DNA of 64,000 nucleotides from contig DATJWA010000016.1 in the NCBI GenBank assembly GCA_035501555.1, positions 44,316 through 108,315 of the forward strand, written 5' to 3'. This document shows positions 46,133-54,355 of this stretch, one piece after another (positions within the stretch are counted from its first letter, which is position 1; each line of letters opens with the position of its first letter). The position numbers were made by a program, and so were the translations under genes. The notes under the pieces were generated by a model. The model had not been told where the DNA came from. It saw only the letters and a program-made list of their open reading frames with translations, and did not search any database. Source of the stretch: Thermoplasmata archaeon. GTDB taxonomy: Archaea > Thermoplasmatota > Thermoplasmata > Lutacidiplasmatales > UBA184.

Positions 46133-46858
46133 TTGCCGTCCTCTCGAGATCGGGGACCGTCCAGTGCGGGGGGCCGGAGGTTCCGGCTCGTTGTCACGGA
46201 CGTGGATGGAACGTTGACCGACCGTTCGAGACGCCTGGACGTCCGGGCCCTCCTTGCGGTCCGCGCGCTGGAGGACCGTGGGGTCCCGGTCGTTCTCGCC
46301 ACCGGCAACGTCCTCCCCGTCGCCCTCGCGCTCCACCGGACCCTCGGGCTCTCGGGCCCCATCGTCGCGGAGAACGGCGGGCTCCTCTGGATGGGGGAGG
46401 GGAGTCGGGTCGAGCGGATGGGGGACCAGAAGGTCGCCCTCGCGGCCTACCGGGCGCTGGTCCGAGCCGGGCTACCGGTCCGTCGGCTCTTCACGGACCG
46501 GTGGCGGGAGTCCGAGGTCGCCCTCGAGCCGGGCGTTTCGGTGGCCCGCCTCCGTCGGGCGCTCGGCCGACGCCCGGTGCTCGTCGAATCGACGGGCTAC
46601 GCGATCCATCTGATGGAGGCCGGGGTCGGGAAGCTCCCTACGCTTCAACGCGCGCTGGGCCGGCTGGGGCTCTCGGTGGCCGACGCGGTCGTGCTCGGCG
46701 ACGGAGACAACGACGTGGCCATGCTGAGGGCCTCCGGCTTCGGGGTCAGCTTCCCGTCGGCCAGCGCGCGGGCGCGGGCGGCCGCGCGGTACGTCTCCCG
46801 GGCCCCCTATGCCCTCGGCTTTGTCGAAGGCCTTAAAGCGAGCAGGGTGCTCGCCTGA
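46133..46858 (+). CDS. HAD-superfamily phosphatase, archaeal phosphoglycolate-phosphatase/Cof-like
   Basis: VVTDVDGTLTD (motif I), VVLATGN (motif II) and GDGDNDVAML (motif IV). TTG start. Confidence 0.75.
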   Translation: MPSSRDRGPSSAGGRRFRLVVTDVDGTLTDRSRRLDVRALLAVRALEDRGVPVVLATGNVLPVALALHRTLGLSGPIVAENGGLLWMGEGSRVERMGDQKVALAAYRALVRAGLPVRRLFTDRWRESEVALEPGVSVARLRRALGRRPVLVESTGYAIHLMEAGVGKLPTLQRALGRLGLSVADAVVLGDGDNDVAMLRASGFGVSFPSASARARAAARYVSRAPYALGFVEGLKASRVLA

Positions 46859-46884
46859 GCGGGTCTCATCGGGAGCGACCCACG

Positions 46885-47097
46885 ATGTTCGTCGGGCAGT
46901 GCGCGCGGTGCGGGATTCCCGCCACATTGGGCTGTACGATCTGCGGCCGAACCTTCTGCCGCGGGTGCTTGGACGCCGACGAGCGCCTCTGCGCGGACTG
47001 CGTGACGATCCAACGGCGCGCCAAGAGCCCGGTCGAAGCGCGAGCGCCCCCCTCGCGACGCGTCCATCGGTCGCCGCCCGCGCCCGGCCGCGTGTGA
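46885..47097 (+). CDS. Small Cys-rich (8 Cys) zinc-binding protein
   Basis: CARCG-x6-CTICG-x3-CRGC-x8-CADC followed by a basic/Pro-rich tail. I recognise no family. Confidence 0.45.
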   Translation: MFVGQCARCGIPATLGCTICGRTFCRGCLDADERLCADCVTIQRRAKSPVEARAPPSRRVHRSPPAPGRV

Positions 47098-47098
47098 C

Positions 47099-47416
47099 CT
47101 AGTAGTCGACGCCGGGCAGGATGAACTTCCCACGCGGAGTCGCGCGGGCGAGGGCCAGCAACGCGACCCCCAGGGCGCCGGTGACGAGGCCGAGGCCGAA
47201 GACCGCCCACGAGTAAGCGCCCATCGTCCCCCCGAAGTGGACCCCGAGGAGAACGAACGCCCCGCCCCGGGCGACCCAGTGGAGCAGGAGATTGAGCACT
47301 ACTCCGAGACCCCATCCGAGGGCGACCAGTACGCCGCCTGCCGCGAAGTAGCCGATCCGCTCGTCGCCTCCCGTCGGCTCCTCGGGCGTGGCGGGGGTCT
47401 CCTGGAGGTTCGACAC
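47099..47416 (-). CDS. Hypothetical small membrane protein (3 helices)
   Basis: 105 aa, with an acidic N-terminus followed by G/L/V-rich helices. Confidence 0.5.
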   Translation of the reverse strand: MSNLQETPATPEEPTGGDERIGYFAAGGVLVALGWGLGVVLNLLLHWVARGGAFVLLGVHFGGTMGAYSWAVFGLGLVTGALGVALLALARATPRGKFILPGVDY

Positions 47417-47491
47417 GGGGGAGCGACCTCCGTCCGCGATTAAGCAGTTTCGCCGGAGGCCGTGGCTACGCCGGTCGTCCCGCGGGACGGG

Positions 47492-47791
47492 TCAGCCGAA
47501 CCCGGTGATCGCCTTCGGGTCCCGGGGACCGCCCGGCCGCAGGGGGGGCTTGCGCAGCTCCTTCGGGCACTCGACCAGGCGGACGAGAGGCGCCGACTGG
47601 ACGATGTAGGCCGGCAGGCCCGTGTTCGGGTCGTTCCCCGCTCGCAGGATGTTCATGATCTCGAGGCGGACCTCCACGACCGAGCCGTCCTTCAGCTTGA
47701 GCCGTACCTTCCCGTCGCCCTCGAGCGTCGTGTAGTCGACGATCTCCGCGTTCGACAGGTCGGGCGGGGGTCCCCCCGGGCCGCCGATCAT
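47492..47791 (-). CDS. Hypothetical 99-aa protein translationally coupled to rpl11
   Basis: The ATG at 47791-47789 overlaps the L11 stop (ATGA). Sequence: MIGGPGGPPPDLSNAEIVDYTTLEGDGKVRLKLKDGSVVEVRLEIMNILRAGNDPNTGLPAYIV... I recognise no family. Confidence 0.5.
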   Translation of the reverse strand: MIGGPGGPPPDLSNAEIVDYTTLEGDGKVRLKLKDGSVVEVRLEIMNILRAGNDPNTGLPAYIVQSAPLVRLVECPKELRKPPLRPGGPRDPKAITGFG

Positions 47792-48255
47792 CGGGCGCCC
47801 CGGGCCGCGACCCGTTCCTTCAGGAGCGAGCGCGGGTCCTGGCCGTCGACGGTCAGGCCGAGCGAGACGCACGTGCCGATGACCTGGTTCGCCCGCTCCT
47901 CGTCGGTGCGACCCTCCAGGTCCTCCCCCTTCGCCTCCGCGATGCGCCGGACCGCCGCGATCGAGACGTCCCCGACGACCTCGGTCTTCGGCTTGCCCGA
48001 GCCCTTCTCCTTCTTGGCCTCCTTCAGGAGGAGCGCCGCCACCGGCGGTCGGCCGACGACCAGCGTGAAGGCGCGGGTGTTGGGGTCGACCCGAATGATG
48101 ACCGGCACGCGCATGCCGCTGAACTGCTTGGTCTCCTCGTTGATCTTCGCGACGACCTGCCCGACGTTGACGCCGAGCGGGCCGAGCGCCGAGCCGAGCG
48201 TCGCGCCGGCCGCGGCCTTGCCTCCCTCGACGAGGACGCTCACTTCAACTGCCAC
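47788..48255 (-). CDS. rpl11: 50S ribosomal protein L11
   Basis: VLVEGGKAAAGATLGSALGPLGVNVGQVVAKINEETKQFSGMRVPV...VGRPPVAALLLKEA is unmistakably L11. GTG start. Confidence 0.9.
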   Translation of the reverse strand: MAVEVSVLVEGGKAAAGATLGSALGPLGVNVGQVVAKINEETKQFSGMRVPVIIRVDPNTRAFTLVVGRPPVAALLLKEAKKEKGSGKPKTEVVGDVSIAAVRRIAEAKGEDLEGRTDEERANQVIGTCVSLGLTVDGQDPRSLLKERVAARGAR

Positions 48256-49246
48256 TCTTCGACCCTCCCCGCTCCAGCATGCGCACGTGGTCCCCGCGGA
48301 CGGTCACCGGGATCGGCACGACCGCCTCGATGAGCTCCACCGTGATCTCCTCCTTGGCCTGGTCGATCTTCTTGACGCGGGCCTTCTCTCCCTTGAACGG
48401 CCCGCTGATGAGCTCGACGATCGCGCCCTCGACGAACCCTTCGACGGTGATCTTCGGGACGAGGAGCGGTTCGACCTCCTTCAGGGTCGTCTCCCCCTCG
48501 ACGAGGCCGCGGGCCTTGCGGATCCCCTTGAGCATCTCGCGGACCCCCTCGAAGCTCATCCCCTCGGCGAACACGTAGCCGCGCAGGGAGCTCGGGACGA
48601 GGAGGGCGAAGACGACGTCCGGTTTCTCCTCGGTCCGCGCGAGCAGGGTGTCCGCGACCTCGCGCTCGTAGCCGCGGGAGGTCTTGATCGCGAGCACCGC
48701 CTGGCGGGCGACGCACGCGAGCGTAAGCTTCACCGGGGTACCGGAGTCGTCGAGGTCGGCGGAGAGGCGCACCTCGACCCGGTCGCCGTACCGGACCCCG
48801 ACCGGTGCGGTCACCTCGAAGGAGAGGCCGACCGGGGTGTTGGGCGTGAGCGAGAGGGAGACCGTCTCCTTCCGGGCGAACAGCTCGACCATCCCGCGCT
48901 TGCCCGGCGGGTTCCAGCGGACCGGCCACTCGGCGCCCTCGTCCAGGTAGGCGGAGGTGTAGCCGACCTCGATCGTGAGCTTCACGGCGGCGGGGCCCGG
49001 GGCCTTGCTCGAGAGGACCGCCGAGAGGGTCGTGACCATCCCGGCCGTCACGTTGCGGACGGTGTCGTCGGCCGCCTGCAGGGTCAGGAGCCCGCGCGTG
49101 TCGGGGCGGGGGGTCGGGGGCGTAGGCGCCCTCTCGGGCGCCGGCATGAGGATCGACGGGCCGCTTCCCTCGGGCTTCTTCTCCTCGGCGGCGGCCGGGG
49201 TGCCCGAGAGCAGCCCGATCTCCTCCTCGTTGACCCTACCTGCCAT
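48245..49246 (-). CDS. spt5: Transcription elongation factor Spt5 (NusG) carrying a ~180-aa N-terminal extension
   Basis: The C-terminal ~150 aa form NGN plus KOW (AVLAIKTSRGYEREVADTL..., GAIVELISGPFKGEKARVKKIDQAKEEITVELIEAVVPIPVTV). The same ORF continues upstream through a beta-rich region to an ATG 16 nt after the secE stop. Confidence 0.8.
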   Translation of the reverse strand: MAGRVNEEEIGLLSGTPAAAEEKKPEGSGPSILMPAPERAPTPPTPRPDTRGLLTLQAADDTVRNVTAGMVTTLSAVLSSKAPGPAAVKLTIEVGYTSAYLDEGAEWPVRWNPPGKRGMVELFARKETVSLSLTPNTPVGLSFEVTAPVGVRYGDRVEVRLSADLDDSGTPVKLTLACVARQAVLAIKTSRGYEREVADTLLARTEEKPDVVFALLVPSSLRGYVFAEGMSFEGVREMLKGIRKARGLVEGETTLKEVEPLLVPKITVEGFVEGAIVELISGPFKGEKARVKKIDQAKEEITVELIEAVVPIPVTVRGDHVRMLERGGSKSGS

Positions 49247-49261
49247 GAGACACCCGGGGCG

Positions 49262-49507
49262 CTACAGGCCCGAGAAGAGGTTGCCCCAAAGCCACGGGCC
49301 TACCTGGTTGAAGAAGATGTACAGCGCGAAGCCGGTCAGGCCGATCAGCACCGCCCCGATGAACGTCACCTGGAGGACCCGGACGTACTCTTCCTGGGTA
49401 GGCCGGCGGGCCATGCGCAGGATGCGGCCGTACTTTCCGTGGCCGAACGTGCGCAGGCGCCCGTCGAACTCGTCTTGAGCCCGGCGCGCGCGGTCGAGGA
49501 ATGCCAT
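49262..49507 (-). CDS. secE: Protein translocase subunit SecE/Sec61-gamma
   Basis: 81 aa. RMARRPTQEEYVRVLQVTFIGAVLIGLTGFALYIF gives the typical single C-terminal TM. Its position between ftsZ and spt5 is conserved. Confidence 0.8.
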   Translation of the reverse strand: MAFLDRARRAQDEFDGRLRTFGHGKYGRILRMARRPTQEEYVRVLQVTFIGAVLIGLTGFALYIFFNQVGPWLWGNLFSGL

Positions 49508-49513
49508 GGTACC

Positions 49514-50635
49514 CTAGTGGACGACGTCCAGTTCGGGGCCCGACCTGCGGACCGGCCCCGACGGGGTCGCCGACCCCCCGAAAATCTGCGGGGATTTAAC
49601 TCCGGTCACCACCAGCATGACGCGGATGGTGCTCTGCATCGTCGGGTCGACGGCCGCTCCCCAGATGATCCGGGCGGTCGGGCTGATCGTCTTCTGGACA
49701 ACCTCGGCAGCCTTCTGGGCCTCGCTGACGGTCATGTCCGGTCCGCCGGTGACGTTGATCAGCGCCCCCGAGGCCCCGGCGATGTCGACGTGCAGGAGGG
49801 GGGAGTTGATCGCCTCCATCACGGCGTCCTCGGCCCGGTTCTCGCTCTCCGACTCGCCGATCCCGATCAGGGCGACCCCGCCGCCCTTCATGATCGTGCG
49901 CAGGTCGTTGAAGTCGAGGTTGACGAGCCCCGGTCGGGTGATGATCTCGGTGATGCCGCGGATCGCTCGCGCGAGCACCGAGTCCGCGACCTTGAACGCG
50001 GTCTGGATCGGGAGGCGGGGGACGAGCTCGAGGAGCCGGTCGTTGGGGATCGTGATGACCGTGTCGATGGTCGCACGCAGCTTCTCGAGCCCCCACATCG
50101 CGTTCTCCGCGCGGACGAGCCCTTCCGAAGCGAACGGGAGCGTGCAGACCGCGATGGTCAGGGGATTGCCGCCGTTCGCGTCCTTGGCGCACTGGGCGAC
50201 GACGCCCGCCGAGCCGGTGCCCGTCCCGCCGCCGAGCCCGAGGGTGATGAACACCATGTCGGAGTTCGACAGCGACTTCTTGATGTCGTCCTCGGCCTCG
50301 TGGGCGGCCTGCTCCCCCACCTGGGGGAGCGCTCCCGCCCCGAGCCCGCGCGTGAGGCGCCGGCCGAGCAGGATCTTCCGCGGCGCGTGGATGGCGAGCA
50401 GGTGCTGGGCGTCCGTGTTGCAGGCGACCAGCTCGACCCCGGAGATCCCTTCCTCGGCGAGCCGGTTGATCGTGTTGCACCCGCCGCCCCCGCACCCCAC
50501 CACCTTGATGTTCGTCTTCAGGGAGGCGAGCACCGCCTCCAGTTCGGCGTCATCGTTCGTCGGCGGCGGGGGCTCCTGGCCTCGACGGCTCTCGCCGGGG
50601 AGGTGCGCCAAGATCTCTTGCGCCAGCGGTCGCAT
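49514..50635 (-). CDS. ftsZ: Cell-division GTPase FtsZ
   Basis: [33 protein letters not shown] and [12 protein letters not shown] prefer ATG 50635 (MRPLAQEIL...) because the ATG at 50671 abuts the TATA box. Confidence 0.9.
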   Translation of the reverse strand: MRPLAQEILAHLPGESRRGQEPPPPTNDDAELEAVLASLKTNIKVVGCGGGGCNTINRLAEEGISGVELVACNTDAQHLLAIHAPRKILLGRRLTRGLGAGALPQVGEQAAHEAEDDIKKSLSNSDMVFITLGLGGGTGTGSAGVVAQCAKDANGGNPLTIAVCTLPFASEGLVRAENAMWGLEKLRATIDTVITIPNDRLLELVPRLPIQTAFKVADSVLARAIRGITEIITRPGLVNLDFNDLRTIMKGGGVALIGIGESESENRAEDAVMEAINSPLLHVDIAGASGALINVTGGPDMTVSEAQKAAEVVQKTISPTARIIWGAAVDPTMQSTIRVMLVVTGVKSPQIFGGSATPSGPVRRSGPELDVVH

Positions 50636-50670
50636 CACAGGTCTCTCCGGCGGTAGGAGCAGGGGACCCA

Positions 50671-50678
50671 TTATAAAG
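50671..50678. promoter_or_regulatory. Shared near-palindromic TATA box (ttataaag) for divergent ftsZ and mptE-like genes
   Basis: Its centre is 26-27 nt upstream of the GTG at 50701 on the plus strand (leaderless). On the minus strand it is about 40 nt upstream of ATG 50635, giving a 5' UTR of about 13 nt. Confidence 0.5.
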
Positions 50679-50700
50679 CGTTGGTCGCGAATCGGGGGTC

Positions 50701-51444
50701 GTGGAGTACTCCCGCTGGGCCCCCCTCTACCGACGGATCGGCGAGGAGCTCGGCCTGCCGTTCGCGCGGGAGGAGCAGGCCTTTGCGCAGCTCCGAGCGC
50801 TCCTTCCCGCCGTCGCCCGACAACAACCGCTCGAGCGGATCGCCCCCCGCTTGGCCGGTCGCGAGGTCGTGGTGGTGGGGCTCGCGCCCGACGCGGGACC
50901 CCCTCCCCTCTGGCGCCGGCCGGCGGGGGCGGAACGGCTCGCCGTGGTCGCGGCGGACGGCGCGACGACCGCGTGCCTCACCGCGGGTCTCGTACCTGAC
51001 CTGGTCGTCACCGACCTGGATGGACCGATCCCCGCGGAGCTCTCGGCCAACCAGCGAGGGAGTCTGGTGGTCGTGCACGCGCACGGAGACAATGCGGACG
51101 CGGTCGCGGAGTGGGTCCCGCAATTCCCGGGAGAGCTGGCCGGTTCCTGGGCCGGTCCTCCCCGCGACGGGATCATCGATGTCGGGGGATTCACGGACGG
51201 GGACCGCGCCGCCTTCCTCGCCGACCACGTCGGCGCGGCTCGGATCCTGTTGTGGGGGTTCGACTTCGAGCGGGTCGTCGAGGCCGACGCCCGCTCGGCG
51301 GAACGGAAGCGGAGGAAGCTCGTGTGGGCCGGGCGCGCCCTCCAGGAGCTCGCGGCGGAGGGTCGGACCCCGCTCTTGACGTGGGAGCGCGACGGGACCC
51401 TCGCCCCTTATCCGGCGGGGATCAAGGGCGCGTCCACGAGGTAG
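50701..51444 (+). CDS. mptE: 6-hydroxymethyl-7,8-dihydropterin pyrophosphokinase, archaeal MptE-like (DUF115)
   Basis: LVVTDLDG and VVHAHGDN are the hallmark DUF115/MptE motifs. The ~247-aa length also fits. Confidence 0.7.
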   Translation: MEYSRWAPLYRRIGEELGLPFAREEQAFAQLRALLPAVARQQPLERIAPRLAGREVVVVGLAPDAGPPPLWRRPAGAERLAVVAADGATTACLTAGLVPDLVVTDLDGPIPAELSANQRGSLVVVHAHGDNADAVAEWVPQFPGELAGSWAGPPRDGIIDVGGFTDGDRAAFLADHVGAARILLWGFDFERVVEADARSAERKRRKLVWAGRALQELAAEGRTPLLTWERDGTLAPYPAGIKGASTR

Positions 51445-53321
51445 ACGACGTTCTGTCCGTCCTCGTAGAGCGGGACGAAGGGCGCTTCCGACAGCCAGGC
51501 GATCGCCGCGGGGGAGAGCGGGGCCGCGAGCACGGAGGGGTTCAACGCCACGCCTGCGTACATGACCGAGTCGACGGCCACCAGGTCGATCGGACGGAGC
51601 GTGTACGGCGTGCCCGAGCTCCGTAACTCGGCGTACGCCTCGGCGGCCTGGCTCGCGTTGCCGGTGAACAGCACCGGGGTCGTCGTCCAGGTCGTCGGAT
51701 TGCCGTCCACCCCGAAGATGACCGACGAGAGCCGATGGTCGCTCGCGACCGTCCAGGTCGGCGGGGCCGCGACGCCCACCCACATCCAGAGGGCCGCGTC
51801 GCCGTGGGTCAGTCCCTCCTGGAACCCGCCGAGGTAGGCCTGCGGGGGATAGACGATCGCCGCATTCGCCGCGACGAGGACGACTAGCCCCAGGACCGCG
51901 GCCGTCGCCGCGCGTCGTCCGGCGCGATGGTCGATCCGTGCGACCAGTCGCCCGGCTGCGACCGCGCCGAGCAGCCCCACCGGGATCAGGAGATACTCGG
52001 CGTGACGGGACGGCGGGATCGCCTCGACGAACCCCTGGAGCGAACTCCCCAGCTCCGAGGCGAGCAAGGTCCCGACCGCCGAGATCGCCAGGATCCCGAG
52101 CCACGTGAGCGCGAACGGGCCAAGTCGCGAGGTGGTCAACAGGCGTCGGCTCCCCGCGCAGAGGACCGCGAGCAGCAGGACAGGGGCGAACCAGAGGATC
52201 GCCAGCGGCGCGGTGGTCTGGGTGGTGCCCGGTAGCGGGACCACCAGGAGGACGGCGATCCCGCCGAAGATCCCGACGGCGAGCAGGGCCGCGTCCCGCA
52301 CGATGCTGCGGTCCGTCGGAAGGCGCACCCATGCGCGCCGCGGGGCGAACCGGCGTCTGCGCAGGTGGATCAGGACCCCCGCGACCACGACCGCGAGCAG
52401 GCCCGCCCCCTCGAGGGCGCCGAACCCGACGAGCGAGCTGTGGGCCAGGCCGGGCAGAAGGACCTTCGAGACGAAAGAGTAGGTCCCGTAGAACCAGAAG
52501 AGGAGCGTCGCGGTCACGAACGAGCCGAGGAAGACGAGCTCCCGGGTCGGGAAGCGATGGCTCCACAGCCCGGGCCGCCACAGCTCGAGCAGGAGGAGGC
52601 CCCCGAGCGCCCCGAGGACGAAGAAGTAGGTCGAGAGGTGGTGCGTCACGATCAGGGCCCCGCCGGTGAGCGCCAGCGGGAGGTACCAGCGCACCTCGCG
52701 GCGGCTCTCGAGGAACATCCAGAGGGAGGCGACCGCGAGGAGGTCGCCGAGGGAGGCCGGTGCCGCGTGCGCGAGGGTGAAGAGGCGGGGCATCGCCACC
52801 GAGGCGAGCGAGGCCCCGAGGAGGGCGGTCAGGTCGTGCGGGTACAGCCGTCGGAACAGGAGGAACAGCGGGAACACCGACAGGACCGCGACCGTGGGCA
52901 CCAGGATCGTCAACCCGGAGAATGCGCTGATGCCGAGCGCGGCGCTCCCGGCTCCGGCGAGCAGGTAGATCCCGGGGAAATCCGGGTACGCCGAGCCCCA
53001 TCCCGCGTAGGCCGCACCGTGCGGAATGTGGCCGGTGGCCAAGAGGGCGGCCGTGAGCGTGTAGTACTCTCCCGAGTCCGACCCGAACATGGCGAAGGAG
53101 AGGTACGGTTCGAGCGCCACGAAGACCAGCAGAACGGCGACGCCGGTGAGGAGGACCGCGACCTCGGGTCGGACCGGTGGAAGGGACCGGGCCGGGCCAC
53201 CGTCCCCGACGGTGGTGCCGGCGGCGGGGGAGGCTCGCGTCGTAGTGGGACGGACGTCCCCCTCCTCCAAAATCGTGGCGGCGGACCCCCCTCGACCCCG
53301 AGACGCGGCGGGCGCGGCCAT
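51408..53321 (-). CDS. Polytopic GT-C-fold membrane glycosyltransferase-like protein (ArnT/PMT-like)
   Basis: At least 12 hydrophobic helices, with an early loop motif (FGSDSGEYYTL) and a C-terminal soluble domain. I start it at ATG 53321 (MAAPAASRG...). The family call is by architecture only. Confidence 0.5.
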   Translation of the reverse strand: MAAPAASRGRGGSAATILEEGDVRPTTTRASPAAGTTVGDGGPARSLPPVRPEVAVLLTGVAVLLVFVALEPYLSFAMFGSDSGEYYTLTAALLATGHIPHGAAYAGWGSAYPDFPGIYLLAGAGSAALGISAFSGLTILVPTVAVLSVFPLFLLFRRLYPHDLTALLGASLASVAMPRLFTLAHAAPASLGDLLAVASLWMFLESRREVRWYLPLALTGGALIVTHHLSTYFFVLGALGGLLLLELWRPGLWSHRFPTRELVFLGSFVTATLLFWFYGTYSFVSKVLLPGLAHSSLVGFGALEGAGLLAVVVAGVLIHLRRRRFAPRRAWVRLPTDRSIVRDAALLAVGIFGGIAVLLVVPLPGTTQTTAPLAILWFAPVLLLAVLCAGSRRLLTTSRLGPFALTWLGILAISAVGTLLASELGSSLQGFVEAIPPSRHAEYLLIPVGLLGAVAAGRLVARIDHRAGRRAATAAVLGLVVLVAANAAIVYPPQAYLGGFQEGLTHGDAALWMWVGVAAPPTWTVASDHRLSSVIFGVDGNPTTWTTTPVLFTGNASQAAEAYAELRSSGTPYTLRPIDLVAVDSVMYAGVALNPSVLAAPLSPAAIAWLSEAPFVPLYEDGQNVVYLVDAPLIPAG

Positions 53322-53368
53322 ATCGATAAATAGGGGGGCTTGGTGCGCCCGCTCCAAGGAACGGACCC

Positions 53369-53725
53369 GTGTCGCCCTCGCGAGCCTCCCGACCGAAGGC
53401 ACGAACCTCGAAGCCGGTGCACGCGAAGCCGGTCCGAAAGGCCGCCAGGCCGGCTCCGAAAAAGGCCGCGCCCCCTCGGTCCGGTAAGCCCGGCAAGCCC
53501 GCCGCCGCCGCCGTACCCCAAGGGGCCCCGCCGACGCTCCCCGTCCCCACGGCGCGGCGCTCCGACGGGCGGAGGCATCTCCTCTCGCTGTCGTTCGTGC
53601 GCGACGGGGACGAGTTCCTGGCCCGGATGGAGACCGACTCCGGTCACATCACCGAGCTCAAGAACCGGGCCCTGGACCAGCTATTGACCCTGGTCGCAGG
53701 CGAGCTCGAGGACCTGCTCGAGTAG
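53369..53725 (+). CDS. Hypothetical basic protein with a Lys/Ala/Pro-rich N-terminal tail
   Basis: GTG start about 40 nt downstream of a TATA-like gataaatagg (53323-53332). The N-terminus is SRPKARTSKPVHAKPVRKAARPAPKKAAPPRSGKPGKPAAA. A ~50-aa folded C-terminal region follows (LLSLSFVRDGDEFLARMETDSGHITELKNRALDQLLTLVAGELEDLLE). Confidence 0.45.
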   Translation: MSPSRASRPKARTSKPVHAKPVRKAARPAPKKAAPPRSGKPGKPAAAAVPQGAPPTLPVPTARRSDGRRHLLSLSFVRDGDEFLARMETDSGHITELKNRALDQLLTLVAGELEDLLE

Positions 53726-53743
53726 AGCGGGGCGGCGAGCGAC

Positions 53744-54316
53744 CTACTCCCGGACCCCGTCGGGGTCGAGCAGCCCGCTCTCCACCTCGTAGGTAGCGAT
53801 CCGGTCCCGCGCGTCCGTGACCCGGACGACGTCGACCGGGTAGGGGGTGAGCGGTCCCGGCGGGAAGTGCCGGACGACCTGGATCCCGAGCGAGCCGAGC
53901 GGGGGGAAGGAGCGTCGCCGGCCCCATCGCCCGACGACGACGACCGACTCGGCCCGCACCTCCACCCGGCGGGGCGCGGGGGAGACGGCATACACCACGC
54001 TCCCGAGCACCATCAGAAAGGCGACCCCCAGGAACAGCTCGAGCCCCTGCTGGTCGCCCGGCCGTGAAGCGTTCGCGCCCGTGAGGTCGAGGGCCGCGAG
54101 GACCGCTGTGAGGGCAAGCACGGCGCCCGCGTAGACCGCGGCAATCCGGATGGAGCGCTCCCGTCCGCCCCGGTTCGGGCGAATGGTGGGCGCGCGTTGC
54201 GCGGCGGCGGCCGGCCCGGGGCCAGGGGTGGCCCGGTCGCGCGGGATGCGAACGGCTCGGGACCCGCTCACGAGAACGCCGTGCTGAAGAGGGTCGGACG
54301 GGTCGGATAAACCCAC
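53744..54316 (-). CDS. Hypothetical two-helix membrane protein with C-terminal beta domain (bacterial-PH-like)
   Basis: Two TM helices (IAAVYAGAVLALTAVLAALDL and LFLGVAFLMVLGSVVYAV) followed by VEVRAESVVVVGRWGRRRSF... I recognise no family. Confidence 0.5.
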   Translation of the reverse strand: MGLSDPSDPLQHGVLVSGSRAVRIPRDRATPGPGPAAAAQRAPTIRPNRGGRERSIRIAAVYAGAVLALTAVLAALDLTGANASRPGDQQGLELFLGVAFLMVLGSVVYAVSPAPRRVEVRAESVVVVGRWGRRRSFPPLGSLGIQVVRHFPPGPLTPYPVDVVRVTDARDRIATYEVESGLLDPDGVRE

Positions 54317-54355
54317 CGTTGCGGCGGGAGGGTGTCGCGGACCGGCGGCGGGGCC

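Noticed and set aside
47462-50656. Very long ORFs such as 47462-50656 (+, 1064 aa). Others of the same kind are 50671-53550 (-), 27998-30436 (-), 44132-46336 (-), 1792-3864 (-), 5044-6825 (-), 57528-59456 (-), 61109-62764 (+) and 62160-63887 (-).
   Set aside because: Their translations are Arg/Pro/Gly/Asp-rich low-complexity strings with no recognisable motifs. Each lies antisense or out of frame to a gene with unmistakable homology (FtsZ/Spt5/L11, the cyclase, GatE, GH57, Hel308, NFACT). These are typical shadow ORFs of GC-rich DNA.
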